Shown piece after piece: positions 1-10,764 of a DNA stretch of 64,000 nt. The stretch comes from Klebsormidium nitens (lineage: Eukaryota > Plantae > Klebsormidiophyceae): NCBI GenBank assembly GCA_000708835.1, contig DF237331.1, positions 25,444 to 89,443 on the forward strand. The letters are read 5' to 3'. A program made the translations under genes and the position numbers. The stretch's first letter is position 1. Each line of letters starts with the position of its first letter. Below the pieces are notes generated by a model. The model had not been told where the DNA came from. It did no database searches and saw nothing but the letters and a program-made list of their open reading frames with translations.

Positions 1-3000
1 ATGACTTGGGCCAGAAACCCAACTTTATCAAGGGGTAGGCCGAATCGCGCTTGATTGAAAGAAAGCGCTGGATACACGGGCAATTGAGTTCGATACTAAA
101 AGAAGATCAAACGAAGGGACTATCGGAATTAGGAGTGTACCATAACAACTGACCAATTGTGGCTCAGGATTTGAATAGGAGGAAAACTGGTGCCGGTCAA
201 GGCACCAATCTCACGTCCTCTTCGCCAGATCCCTTAATCTCCACAACATCATCCTCCGGATGTGATGGAATTCACTGGATTCAACTTTGAATGAAACTAT
301 CAAAAGCCGGCCAGTGCTCGCGGGCACCGTGTAACTGCGACTACCGACTAAACTGGTTCAACAGCACGTCTTTTGCAGCCGACCTGAAGTTACTGCAAGG
401 CCATATGACAGAGTCCTTACACGTACATGCCAGGTTTTGTATTATCCTAAGACCGGAAACAGAAGGCAAAAAGGGATATCGTCAATGCTCGAAGGCATGT
501 GGCACGCACGAATGCAGAGGATGTTCAACCGTTGCCAGAAACAGGTGTAAAGACCGTTGCAGTGGGCTCCTCGCCTCGCTCAAATCTGGAGGAGTATTTC
601 TGATTTTTCGCCTCATCCCTTAATTTTCTCCAGGCATAATTTTCACAACTAGCTTCACGGATTGACCAAAGACTTGTCCATTGCGCCCTTGAATCCGCCA
701 CATAACCTCTACCAGACCCGGAGGTACGATATGCAACGGAGTCGAAATTGATACACTCAATCGCCCCTAATCAGAGATTGAAATGTCTCATGCATTCCGA
801 TTCGTCACCAAACGACATGAAAAGAGAGGAACCAGGATCTGGATTGGGGGACAAGATAACAAGGCGTCAATGACGTGACGCGTCTACGTACGTCCTCTGC
901 ATTTCTTTATTGCCAGTCGAGTTGACGAAATACAAGCTAGACTGTCGGATCCGAACATTCTGAGTCGAACCTTACCCTAATGTGCGTTAACGGTCCTCGT
1001 CTTTCGTGACAAGCGATGTAAGCGTCCAAGACCGAAGCCTTTTCAGAGAGATGTACCGGGCGACAGATCGACCCGCGGAAATTACCGGTAAATCAACCTC
1101 AAAAGAGCGATATGAGTGAGATGTACGCCAGAGGACAGAAGCTTGGACGGCAGATTACGGCGGCTCAGAATGAAATCAAGACCTGGCACAACCAAGGGCG
1201 CCATACTGTCTTCCTGGCCTTGAACTTTACTGAATCCCAAGCGGACTTTAGAGATCCCTTTTTGACAAAACCTCATATCAAACCATTGAAAGCTACCGCA
1301 TCGGAAAGGTCCGAGGAATCAGGCATAGCTGGCCGTGCGGGTAAAGAAAGCCGCGCGCTTGTTGCGAGCCGCCTTTCGGGCTAAGCTTCCTTGTCCTAAA
1401 ACCTTTGGCGAATACGACCAAAGTGGGCGGCCGGATCCTTGATGGTTTAGAAGCTTTTTAGTCCTACCTTGAAACTCGACGAACTAGTCTCCCAGATAGA
1501 TATGATCGTGACGGAACGTCTCGTGTTCGTCACGAGGCGGCAGCTAGCTCAAGAAGTAGGAGAGATTGGCTATCCTGACGCGTGTAAGTTGAGGGCGCCA
1601 GTCCTGGATACTCTCCTTGCCTGGACGAAAATCCGAAATCCGTTTTTGGACCAACTTAACGGATGCTTGGCTTGTTTTTGCCTTCCAAACATTCGTTCAA
1701 GGTCGAAACACCTAGCTTTAGAATTCAAAGCAACGTGAGCATTCTCCGTGTGAGAACTGAGGCCCAGATGTTGACGAAAGGCTCGTTAGTAGCCATTATA
1801 AACGACTCCATGCGGAAAAAACGCGTGATTGATCCGAATCTGGCTCCTTCTAGGAGAGTGACTTTTGCATGAGGCATTAGGGAGCACTTTAGTTGGCCGC
1901 AGTTATTTGTGGAGCCAGCGCCGTCGAGTCGAGCAGCCCTTCCTTGCCATCTCAGCTGAGATGTTTTACGAGATGCTTCGGTTTCGTGGAAGGCACTTTC
2001 AAACCTCGAAGGCAGGGACTGGCGATTACGAAGTCCACAGCCCTTATGCGTCTGCGCTCAAGCAAGAGACCATACCGGTTTCCGGTTTACTAGCATCTCA
2101 ATACGTGCCGAGGCGATTGTTACGATCTGGTGATGTATGCACGTGCGCAAACATTACTGGAGAGCATACGTTTTTTATGGGCTCGAGAATGAGAAAGGGC
2201 GGAAGATCTCGTGCAAGACGTACGAGGACTCTTATATGCAGCTCATACGAGGTCGACAATGATCAGTGGGGCATGAGTGACGGATTTTCGCCCTCACATG
2301 CGCCGTCCGGTTGTTAGCACCACAACCTTAAGCTTCCGGTTCTAGGCTTGATACCAGAGGAGCCCACCTTTGGGATGACATAACCCGAATTCCAGCAGGC
2401 CCCAGCCTTAGATTCTTTTCCGGTACCGATTCTCCTAAAGTATGAAGCGCGCGCGATGGGCTTAATCTCCCGACTCTGTCGCGTCTGCCTACAGCAGCGC
2501 CATCAGACTGTCCAATCGACTAAACGAGCGGTCCAAAAAGCCGGTTCTCGTTTCACTTCATGTGAAGCTTCAAATCAGCTTGAAAACTGATTCGAGTGGC
2601 TTGTCCTCAATCAAGCACGAAAGACTAGCGCTTGCGTATCTATGTCACGAAGCGACTGAACGTGGGGTTGACAATTACTGTGTATCGCAAATTAAGGGAT
2701 TCAAGAAGCAGTCGCTCTAGGCTAGTGCCCTTCAAATCGATGTCTTGTCCTTTGATCAGGCAGACCTCACGTTACCCCCGCCTAATTGCTAGAACAAAGC
2801 AATTACTTTAAACGACAACCGCAAGCTCGGGCCGGGCGGAGAGAAAATTTCGAAAACCGTATTTGACCAACTAAAGGATGGCTAGCCTGAAATCTGCTTT
2901 GGAGGTCATCGTGTCATGCATGATATATTCTGGTACGAAGCGGCTTGATGTATGAGAACTTGAAGGTGCCCAAAGCAAAGGGTACACTCAGAAAAACTAC

Positions 3001-3585
3001 CTTTTGTGATCTGAGGAGCGACTCGGACAAGAAAAAAACTTCGACCAAAGGTAGAAACGCAGACCGGGCGCAAACGACATATCGTGGCTCAGACGACAGG
3101 ACCCAAGGTCAGTGATGCGGCTCATAAGGCACCACTTTGGCGTCCTCCTGGCTTAAATTCTATCTGAAGGTTACATTGAACCACTTCTTGGCCTACTGAA
3201 GAACCCCATGATAGTCTACTCATTAGGCTAGTTGAGCGCGCGGGCGGCTTGTCGAATGAAGTGGCTCCATCCGAAAAACAAAGCCGTGATTGCTCAGAAT
3301 GTCCTTCCAAGATTGTGACATGTGTAGCATCAGTGCGCTAGCGAGCCATTGAGGTGGCCGTAGTGGCCTGTGGGGCCAATATGGCTACCCGTCGAGTTGA
3401 GCAGCCCTCCTTGCCATCTCAACTGACAATTTTCACGAGATGCTTTTGTTTCTTGGAAGACCACTCATGAAATCTAAAAAGCTAGTAGTACTGGCGATCA
3501 CGAATATCACAGTCGGGCCTTCGTAAAACCGAGAGACCATTTTTAAATAGCAATATTGATCAGCGCCTTCAGTACGTGCCACTTT

Positions 3586-3906
3586 TGTTAGAATTGGGGT
3601 AGCAATTCTGGTCAATCGAATAACCAAGTGGTTGAGGAATCAACGGTCAAAGATACGAGTGATGAACGGCTGAGATTTAGGCGGGAAACGTTGTTGATCA
3701 GGAAAGCTGAACGGTCCAGATTGAGTATGCAGATAGAGTGTAAGACTCTATAAAGACAGAGCAGATCGAACATGATTGTAATCAACATAACAGAGAAGCA
3801 TGATAGAGAAGAGAAGGCGCCTGTGAAAGGCGCTCGTGTCATTGTGTCGTGTGCAGTATGTGAATGTCCATCAAGTGTAACGATGCAATACGCCGATTTT
3901 CCAACA
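3586..3906 (+). repeat. 5' LTR of outer copia element (321 bp, TG...CA)
   Basis: Starts TGTTAGAATT and ends TTCCAACA, immediately followed by the PBS. Matches 10765-11020 apart from about one substitution and a 6-bp indel. Confidence 0.95.
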
Positions 3907-3920
3907 GGTTATGGGCCCAC
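3907..3920 (+). promoter_or_regulatory. Primer binding site (internal/half tRNAi-Met type)
   Basis: GGTTATGGGCCCAC directly after the LTR is complementary to the anticodon-arm region of plant initiator tRNA-Met (GTGGGCCCATAACC), as in Drosophila copia-type priming. Confidence 0.85.
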
Positions 3921-4033
3921 GCCACGAGGTGAAGGCGCGGCTTGATGGACATGAGGTGAAGAGGGAGTGAAGAATGGTCTGCTGAAGAGAAGAAGAGGAG
4001 CTCAAGAAGAAGAGCTCGAATGAAGCTGAAAAG

Positions 4034-4273
4034 ATGGCGGCGATTGAGAGGATCTCAATTCCGCAGCTGGGGACTGAAATTGGCCTGTGTTCAAGGACAA
4101 GTTTCTGGCGTTGCTAGTGTACAAAGGGCTGGCAGTGGCAATTGAACAGCCTGATTCAGCAGAAGGGAAGAAAGCGAATGATCAAGCTAGAGCGTTGATC
4201 ACTCTCTATATCCAAGATGCGCATGTGAGATTGATCAAAGGAGAAAAGTCTGCTGCAAGAGCATGGGAAAAGC
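4034..4273 (+). pseudogene. N-terminal gag of outer element (1-nt frameshift near 4079; disrupted by inner LTR)
   Basis: ATG 4034 MAAIERISIPQLGTE, then a -1 shift into WPVFKDKF...ARAWEKL. Parallels the inner gag (EKISIEKLKGAENYQTWK). Confidence 0.8.
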
Positions 4274-4537
4274 TGTTAGAATATCGCACGTCTAGTTGAC
4301 GGTTGACAGGCTAATAGACTTCGTACCGTACGATATCGAGTATGGTAACTTCGACCGTAGATATGACAAGTCGTAGAATTGCCTCGTAGGCTAAGACGCT
4401 GTGAGGATGACTCGCGAAATTCATTCCTAGTGATTCCTTCCTGACGCATGAGCGCCTTCCTCTCATCTCAGCATGTTAATGGTGTCCTGCCATCCTGTCT
4501 CTGCATAGCTGCATGTCCTGAAAGCATTCTGCTAACA
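4274..4537 (+). repeat. 5' LTR of inner element (264 bp)
   Basis: TGTTAGAATATC...CTGCTAACA, direct repeat of 8983-9246. Confidence 0.97.
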
Positions 4538-4555
4538 GGTTATGGGCCTCACCAC
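4538..4555 (+). promoter_or_regulatory. Primer binding site of inner element (half tRNAi-Met type)
   Basis: GGTTATGGGCC(T)CACCAC is complementary to plant tRNAi-Met GTGGTGGGCCCATAACC with one bulged T. Confidence 0.8.
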
Positions 4556-4919
4556 TAGCACTACCGTTAGTGGACAGAGTTAGCTCAGAATGAAGCTGAT
4601 CAGTTCTTTTGCCATTCTAGGAGGTTTGTTGGGGGGCGATCTGCTACAGCAAGTGCCAGCGAGCAGCTGTATTGTCTTGCGACGATCGGTTTGCCTAAGG
4701 GTGATCCGTGAGCTTGGCAACACCTGAGAAGCCCTGTACAGGGGGAATCAGGTGGCAGTGGAAAGCCTTGGGAAATTCCCCACTATCTCCTAGCTCTCCC
4801 CGGGGGGAGCGTGGCAAGATCAGCTAACCTGAGCATCCCGCAGCTATAGAAGCAGTGTACAGCCTCAAGCAAGCAATCACAGCAGATTGAGCTTTGAGGG
4901 ATTTTCGAAGAAGAAGATC

Positions 4920-7900
4920 ATGGCTGAGACTACTGAGAAGATCTCCATCGAGAAGCTAAAAGGAGCAGAGAACTACCAGACTTGGAAGATCCTGATCGAA
5001 TTGCTTCTGACGGAGAAAGGCCTCAAGAGATGCGTGGAAGAAGAGAAAAGATCAGCCACAGAATTGGCTGCCAGAACTGAAGCGGTCAAGACCAAGGAAG
5101 CAGAAGATCAAGCAAAGGCTTTAGCTGCAATTGGTCTGAGAGTCTCATCAGAGTTTCTTGGTGTGATCACAGATGCGCAAGGTTCAGCAAGAGCTGCGTG
5201 GGAACAGTTCCAAAAGATGTTTCAGTCTGTGACTAACGCCAGGAAGATGATGCTCAGAGAAAGACTTGCTTCTTTGAAGATGGAATCTGGAGAGTCTGCT
5301 GCCAAATACATTGCAAGAGCAAAGGATCTAAAAAGAGACCTTCTGCAGGCAGGCTTGGAAGCCAAGGAGGTGGATCTCGCTGCAGCTTGCGGACTCTCAA
5401 GATCCTACAGAGAGATCAGAATGGCCTTGGAATTGTCTGAAAGAGAAATCTCTCTAGATGACATGTTGCCTCTGTTGCTCCAGCACGAAGCACGAATCGA
5501 AAGAGACGAAGAGACTGATCAAGCAGAATCGTCGAATTCGATGGCTTTCGCGAGCAGAAATCAGAAGCAAGGCAAGGCGAAGTTCCAGAACAGGAACTCT
5601 GACTCCACAGTCTGCTGGGAATGTGGCAAGGAAGGACACAGAAGATCTCAGTGTGACAAGAATCCAGACAAAGGGAAGAAGTGCTCCAAGTGTGGAATGA
5701 AAGGCCATACAGAAAGAGACTGCAGGACAAGAAACTTCAGAAAGAAGAATGGATCTGGAGAAGACAAAGGAATGCAAAAGTCTATGGCCTTCGCCACTCC
5801 TCCTGGAAAAGACCTCTCAAAAGACTGGATTCTTGACTCTGGTGCAAGTACGCACATCTGTTGCAACAAGGAGATGTTCTCAGAGCTGAGATCAGATGCA
5901 AACGGAGAAGTTCAAGAAATCAAAGGAGTTGGGGATTCAGTCAGAGTGAAAGGAATTGGGAGAATTCCTCTTCTCTGTGAGGTTTCAGGAGGAAAGCTGA
6001 CTGAAGTGTATCTCGAAGATGTGAGATACGTGCCAGAAGCAGGAGTAAATCTGGCCTCAATGAGCAAGTTTCTGGGAAAAGGAGCAAAGCTGGGGAGTGA
6101 CGGAGTGATGTTGAATCTGAGCATAGCAGGGGAAAAGTTTCTGGAAGCGGTTTGCTGCAAAGGAGTCTCGGTGATCTGCACCAAGGACAGGGAAGAAGTG
6201 GCGTTCGCCAGCAGACAGGTGGCTGAGGCGCGCCTTTGGCACAGGCGCCTTGGACATGCAAGTTGCGACGCACTGGCCAAAATGTCCCAAGAGACCCTGG
6301 TGGAAGGCCTCCCCCCTCCTCAAGCCTTCCGAAAAGCCGGAGAATCCCTGTGCGAAGATTGCATCCTCGGAAAGCAAACCAGGAAGCCGTTCCATCCCAG
6401 TGACCGAAAGAGCGAAGGGCCTCTTGAGCTCATTCACTCAGACTTGTGCGGCTCAGTTCCCTGCAAGACAGCCGGCGGAGCCAAGTACGTCGTCACTTTC
6501 ACTGACGACTACAGTCGATGCAGTGTCATTCAACTGCTGAAGACGAAGGACCAGGCAAAGCAAGCTCTCCGTGCTTACGTCAATTTGGTCGAGAACCAGC
6601 TGGGAAAGAAAGTGAAGAAGATTCAGAGCGATCGAGGTGGGGAATACTGGAACGGAGAAGTGAAAGACTACTGTGCTGAAACTGGCATCTTTCACCAGAA
6701 GACAAATCCTTTCTCCAGTCCAGAAAACGGGGTCGCCGAGAAGCTGAATCGAACTCTCATGGACAAGTCAAGAGCGATGCTTTCCGAGAGCGAACTGGAG
6801 CTGAAGTGGTGGGGCGAGGCGATCCTGACGGCGAACTACGTGAAGAACAGAACGGTGACCAAGAAACACGGAAAGACCCCCCTGGAGCTGTTCTTCGGGA
6901 AAAAGCCAAGTGTTCAAAACCTCCGAGTCTTCGGTTGCCGCGCCTTTGTCCACACCCCAGCTCAGAAAAGGACGAAGCTCGACCCAGTCTCAAAGCCCGG
7001 GGTTTTCCTGGGGTACGAACCCGGAACGAAGGGGTACCGAATCCTGCTGACGTCAGATCTACGAACGATCGTCATCAGCAAGGATGTTACCTTCGACGAG
7101 CGGGAGAAGGAGGAGAGCGACCTCTGGGAATTCGAAGTTCCGCTGACGGCCTCTCCAACCCCGTCAGAGCCGGCAGCTGCAGAGCCCGAGGGAGAGAAGG
7201 AAGCGGAAATCCGAACTCCAGGGAGAGTGGAACCGGGGAGAGCGGAACCGGAAGAGCGGAACGAAGCGACGGAACTCCCAGAAGCGGAAACCAGGGCGGA
7301 ACCGGAACCGGTCAGAAGCGCGCGCGTCAGAAAGCCCAGCCAGTGGTACAACCCCGACGACTGGTTAACGGCAAACGCGGCGAAGGAAACGGAAGAACCG
7401 GTCGAACCAAAGTCCCTGGGGGAAGCGCTCAACAGTCCTGAAGCGGAGCTCTGGCGAAAGGCAATGGACGAAGAGTTCGGGAGTCTTCAGGAGAACCAGA
7501 CGTGGGAACTCGCTGAGCCGCCCTCCGGAGTGAAACCCATCCCCTGCAAGTGGGCCTTCAAGTTGAAGCGAGACGAGAACGGGCAGATCAACCGGTACAA
7601 GGCAAGACTGGTGATCAAGGGTTTCCGGCAGAAGAAGGGAGTCGACTTTGAAGAAGTCTTTGCCCCCGTGAGCCGGCATGTGACTCTTCGGACCCTTCTG
7701 GCAGTTGCAGCGGTGGAAGACCTGGAGGTGGATCAACTGGACATCAAAACGGCCTTCCTAAACGGGGAACTCGACGAAGAAATCTGGATGGAGCAGCCAG
7801 AGCTCTTCCAGACCGGCGGACCGAAGCTGGCCTGTCGCCTCAAAAAGTCCCTGTACGGTCTCAAGCAGGCTCCACGTGTCTGGTACTTGAAGCTGGCCAA

Positions 7901-8933
7901 GGAGATGGAAGGTCTGGGGTTTGAGCCTTCGGCGGCGGATCCAGCTCTGTTCATCCGGGAGAGCGAGAGCGACGGAAGAGCGTTTGTGGCGGTCTGGGTG
8001 GACGACGCGCTGGTAGTCGGGAAGAAGTCGGTGGTCGGAAACGTCAAGGCGGCGCTCGCGCGGATCTTCGAAGTGAGAGACTTGAGGCCGGTGAACTACT
8101 TTCTCGGAATGGAAGTGAAGCGCGATCGGGAGAATCGGACAGTAACCCTGACTCAGAAGCGGGCGGCAAAGGACCTGCTCGAAGACTACGGAATGAGCGC
8201 GACGCGGCCGCGAGGCGTCCCGCTAAACCCTGGCGAAAAGGTGCAGAAGGAGGGAGAGGCTTTAGACACGGAGCGGTGTCCCTTCCCGAGCCTGGTCGGC
8301 AGCCTCATGTACCTAGCCAACTGCACAAGACCGGACCTGGCCCAAGCGACGGCGTCCCTGGCGAGATTCATGAGCTGTCCCACGGAAAACCACTGGCGTT
8401 TGGCGAAAGGCGTCCTGAGCTACTTAGCCGGAACCACGGATCAGGGGTTAACCTTCGGAGAGGGGCCTTTAGAGTTCTCGGGGTTCTGTGACGCTAACCA
8501 CGGGGGCGACCTGGATACCCGGCGCAGCACGACCGGTTATGTCTTCGTGTTTGGCGGCGCGGCAGTGAGCTGGTCAAGCAAGTTACAGCAGACCGTAGCG
8601 TTCAGCACAGTTGAGGCGGAATACATGGCGGCCGCTCACGCGGCAAAAGAAGGACTCTGGATCCGGAAGCTTGCGGTGCACCTGGGGATCAAGTGCGGAC
8701 AGTTGCTGATCCAGAGCGACAACCAAGGGGCCTTGCAGCTCATCAAACACCCCATCACATCCCAGCGCTCAAAGCACATAGACATCACCCATCACTTTGT
8801 GCGCGAGCGTGTCATCCGGAAGGAGCTCAAGTTCGACTACTGCCCGACCAAGAAGATGCCAGCCGACTTCCTGACCAAGCCTTTGAACCAGCAAAAGTTC
8901 GAGGAGTGTAAGAAGAGAGTCGGCATGACATAA
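4920..8933 (+). CDS. Copia gag-pol polyprotein (gag, 2 zinc knuckles, protease, integrase, RT, RNase H), 1337 aa
   Basis: Within the provided 4887..8933 ORF; first ATG at 4920. CWECGKEGHRRSQC and CSKCGMKGHTERDC, WILDSGASTH, LWHRRLGH...CEDC, integrase HSD/SDRGGEY/ENGVAEKLNRTL, RT LDIKTAFLNG and VWVDD, RNase H FCDANHGG/EAEY/SDNQGAL/ADFLTK. PR-IN-RT-RH order is copia. Confidence 0.97.
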   Translation: MAETTEKISIEKLKGAENYQTWKILIELLLTEKGLKRCVEEEKRSATELAARTEAVKTKEAEDQAKALAAIGLRVSSEFLGVITDAQGSARAAWEQFQKMFQSVTNARKMMLRERLASLKMESGESAAKYIARAKDLKRDLLQAGLEAKEVDLAAACGLSRSYREIRMALELSEREISLDDMLPLLLQHEARIERDEETDQAESSNSMAFASRNQKQGKAKFQNRNSDSTVCWECGKEGHRRSQCDKNPDKGKKCSKCGMKGHTERDCRTRNFRKKNGSGEDKGMQKSMAFATPPGKDLSKDWILDSGASTHICCNKEMFSELRSDANGEVQEIKGVGDSVRVKGIGRIPLLCEVSGGKLTEVYLEDVRYVPEAGVNLASMSKFLGKGAKLGSDGVMLNLSIAGEKFLEAVCCKGVSVICTKDREEVAFASRQVAEARLWHRRLGHASCDALAKMSQETLVEGLPPPQAFRKAGESLCEDCILGKQTRKPFHPSDRKSEGPLELIHSDLCGSVPCKTAGGAKYVVTFTDDYSRCSVIQLLKTKDQAKQALRAYVNLVENQLGKKVKKIQSDRGGEYWNGEVKDYCAETGIFHQKTNPFSSPENGVAEKLNRTLMDKSRAMLSESELELKWWGEAILTANYVKNRTVTKKHGKTPLELFFGKKPSVQNLRVFGCRAFVHTPAQKRTKLDPVSKPGVFLGYEPGTKGYRILLTSDLRTIVISKDVTFDEREKEESDLWEFEVPLTASPTPSEPAAAEPEGEKEAEIRTPGRVEPGRAEPEERNEATELPEAETRAEPEPVRSARVRKPSQWYNPDDWLTANAAKETEEPVEPKSLGEALNSPEAELWRKAMDEEFGSLQENQTWELAEPPSGVKPIPCKWAFKLKRDENGQINRYKARLVIKGFRQKKGVDFEEVFAPVSRHVTLRTLLAVAAVEDLEVDQLDIKTAFLNGELDEEIWMEQPELFQTGGPKLACRLKKSLYGLKQAPRVWYLKLAKEMEGLGFEPSAADPALFIRESESDGRAFVAVWVDDALVVGKKSVVGNVKAALARIFEVRDLRPVNYFLGMEVKRDRENRTVTLTQKRAAKDLLEDYGMSATRPRGVPLNPGEKVQKEGEALDTERCPFPSLVGSLMYLANCTRPDLAQATASLARFMSCPTENHWRLAKGVLSYLAGTTDQGLTFGEGPLEFSGFCDANHGGDLDTRRSTTGYVFVFGGAAVSWSSKLQQTVAFSTVEAEYMAAAHAAKEGLWIRKLAVHLGIKCGQLLIQSDNQGALQLIKHPITSQRSKHIDITHHFVRERVIRKELKFDYCPTKKMPADFLTKPLNQQKFEECKKRVGMT

Positions 8934-8973
8934 GAGAAGGTAGATAGATCAGGAAGGTAGAAGTCTATAGCCT

Positions 8974-8982
8974 GAGGGAGAG
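8974..8982 (+). promoter_or_regulatory. Polypurine tract of inner element
   Basis: GAGGGAGAG immediately before the 3' LTR. Confidence 0.85.
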
Positions 8983-9246
8983 TGTTAGAATATCGCACGT
9001 CTAGTTGACGGTTGACAGGCTAATAGACTTCGTACCGTACGATATCGAGTATGGTAACTTCGACCGTAGATATGACAAGTCGTAGAATTGCCTCGTAGGC
9101 TAAGACGCTGTGAGGATGACTCGCGAAATTCATTCCTAGTGATTCCTTCCTGACGCATGAGCGCCTTCCTCTCATCTCAGCATGTTAATGGTGTCCTGCC
9201 ATCCTGTCTCTGCATAGCTGCATGTCCTGAAAGCATTCTGCTAACA
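8983..9246 (+). repeat. 3' LTR of inner element (264 bp)
   Basis: Same sequence as 4274-4537, followed by TSD AAAGC. Confidence 0.97.
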
Positions 9247-10699
9247 AAAGCTGCAGCAGAACTTCGAGAGGATTAGTAATACAAGGGTAATTCAGCTTAG
9301 AAAGAAGCTGACATGCATGAAGCTGAAGCCGAAGCAAGCGATCGTTGAGTACTTGGGAGAGTTCAGGGAGATCAAGCTGGACCTTGAACCAGCGAACCAG
9401 ACAGTTGACGACATGGAGCTTGCCGTGCATGCATTGACAGGCCTTCCAAAGGAGTATTCAAGTCTGGTGGAAATCTTGGAGAACGGAGAAATGGAGCTGA
9501 GCTTGGACAACATCCAGTCGAAGCTCGTGCAAAGAGAACAGAAGTTGAAAATGGAGGCCGAGATTGAGAGCAAGAGTTCAGAAGAAGAAGAAGAAGAAGA
9601 AAGAGACACATCAATGGCATTTTCAGCGCGAAGGTGGAACCATAGCAACTCAAGACCAGCGGAAAGAGGTCAGGATGCCAGAAGATGCTATTGCTGTGGG
9701 GAAGAGGGCCATATCAAGGCGAACTGCAGAATGAAAGATGCAGAGTGCCACAACTGTGGTGGGAGAGGACACATGAAAGTGGTCTGTAGAAAGCCTAAAA
9801 GGTCAGCTGGAGAGCAAGCCTTTTCTGGATTCTCGAGGACGCTAGCATTCAATGCTTGGGACAACGAAACAGCTAGGCAATCAGGTGCTTGGATAGTAGA
9901 CTCAGGTAGCACGCAGCATGTTGCAGCAGATCGAAGTCAGTTCAAGCACTATAGAAAGTTGAGCAAGCCTGAAAGCATTGAAGGGATTGGAGGACAACAA
10001 GTTTTTGCAGTGGGAATAGGCTCAATAGAGTTGCTCTGTGAAACTCCTCAAGGCAAGACGCTGGTGACATTGCAAGAAGTGCGTCATGTGCCAGAAGCAA
10101 AGGCAAATTTGCTGTCTGTGAGCAAGGCAACCGATGCAGGAGCAGAAGTGGTGATGAAAAAGGGAGTCTGCCAGATTGTGGTGGACAACGTGGTGCAGCT
10201 GCAGGCATTGCAACAGAATGGTCTGTGGAGAATCGAGACTGTGGGAGCTGAGCAGAAGTCATTCTTCACAAGGAGATCAATCAAAAGAGAGGACCGGGAG
10301 ACAGTGCGGAAACAGGAGAAGACTGTCAAGGAGAAGAAGGAGGAAAAGAGGACGGTCAAAATGATTGAGGTGGACCTTGACGAGGAGAGTGAGGAAAATG
10401 AGGAGCGGAACGTGGAAAAGAGCGAGGAGGAGAAAGAAAAGGAAAAGGAACGGACCGGGGAAGTGTCCGTCAGTGAGGAGAAGGAGGAGACGAGCGAGAA
10501 GTCAGCCAAGGGAGCGGAAAGCGTGGAAGGAAAAACAGAAGAAACGAAGAGAAACGAGAGCGCAAGAGAACGTGTGCAAGAGACGAGAGACGAAGGGGAC
10601 GGGCGCTACCCAGATCGGCAGAGGAGGAGTACAATCAAGTTTGGGGCGATCGGAGATGGCTTTGTTTGGACCACGCCGAAGTCCAAGTACAAAAGGTAG
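9247..10699 (+). pseudogene. Remainder of outer gag-protease ORF with Glu/Lys-rich tail (open from ATG 9317, 460 aa)
   Basis: Gag core ALTGLPKEYSSL, knuckles CYCCGEEGHIKANC and CHNCGGRGHMKVVC, protease WIVDSGSTQHV, then a low-complexity E/K tail ending RYPDRQRRS...KYKR*. Confidence 0.85.
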
Positions 10700-10764
10700 C
10701 ATGATGAAAAGAAAGGAAGTAGTCACATAAGAAGACAGTGAAGAGTTATTCGCTTGAGAGGAGG

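Larger units (their letters stand above)
4274..9246 (+). mobile_element. Inner autonomous Ty1/copia LTR retrotransposon (4973 bp), very recent insertion
   Basis: Two 264-bp LTRs read identical by eye; 5-bp TSD AAAGC (4269-4273 and 9247-9251); PBS at 4538; PPT 8974-8982; single intact gag-pol ORF. Confidence 0.97.

Noticed and set aside
4087-4299. 70-aa ORF as an independent gene
   Set aside because: It is outer gag sequence running into the inner LTR.
7990-8010. RT active site WVDD instead of YVDD as a sign of inactivity
   Set aside because: Both aspartates are intact, the ORF is open and the LTRs are identical, so the variant was evidently functional.
5416-10730. Many antisense and alternate-frame ORFs overlapping the retroelement ORFs
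   Set aside because: Expected shadows of long GC- or purine-biased ORFs; no motifs.
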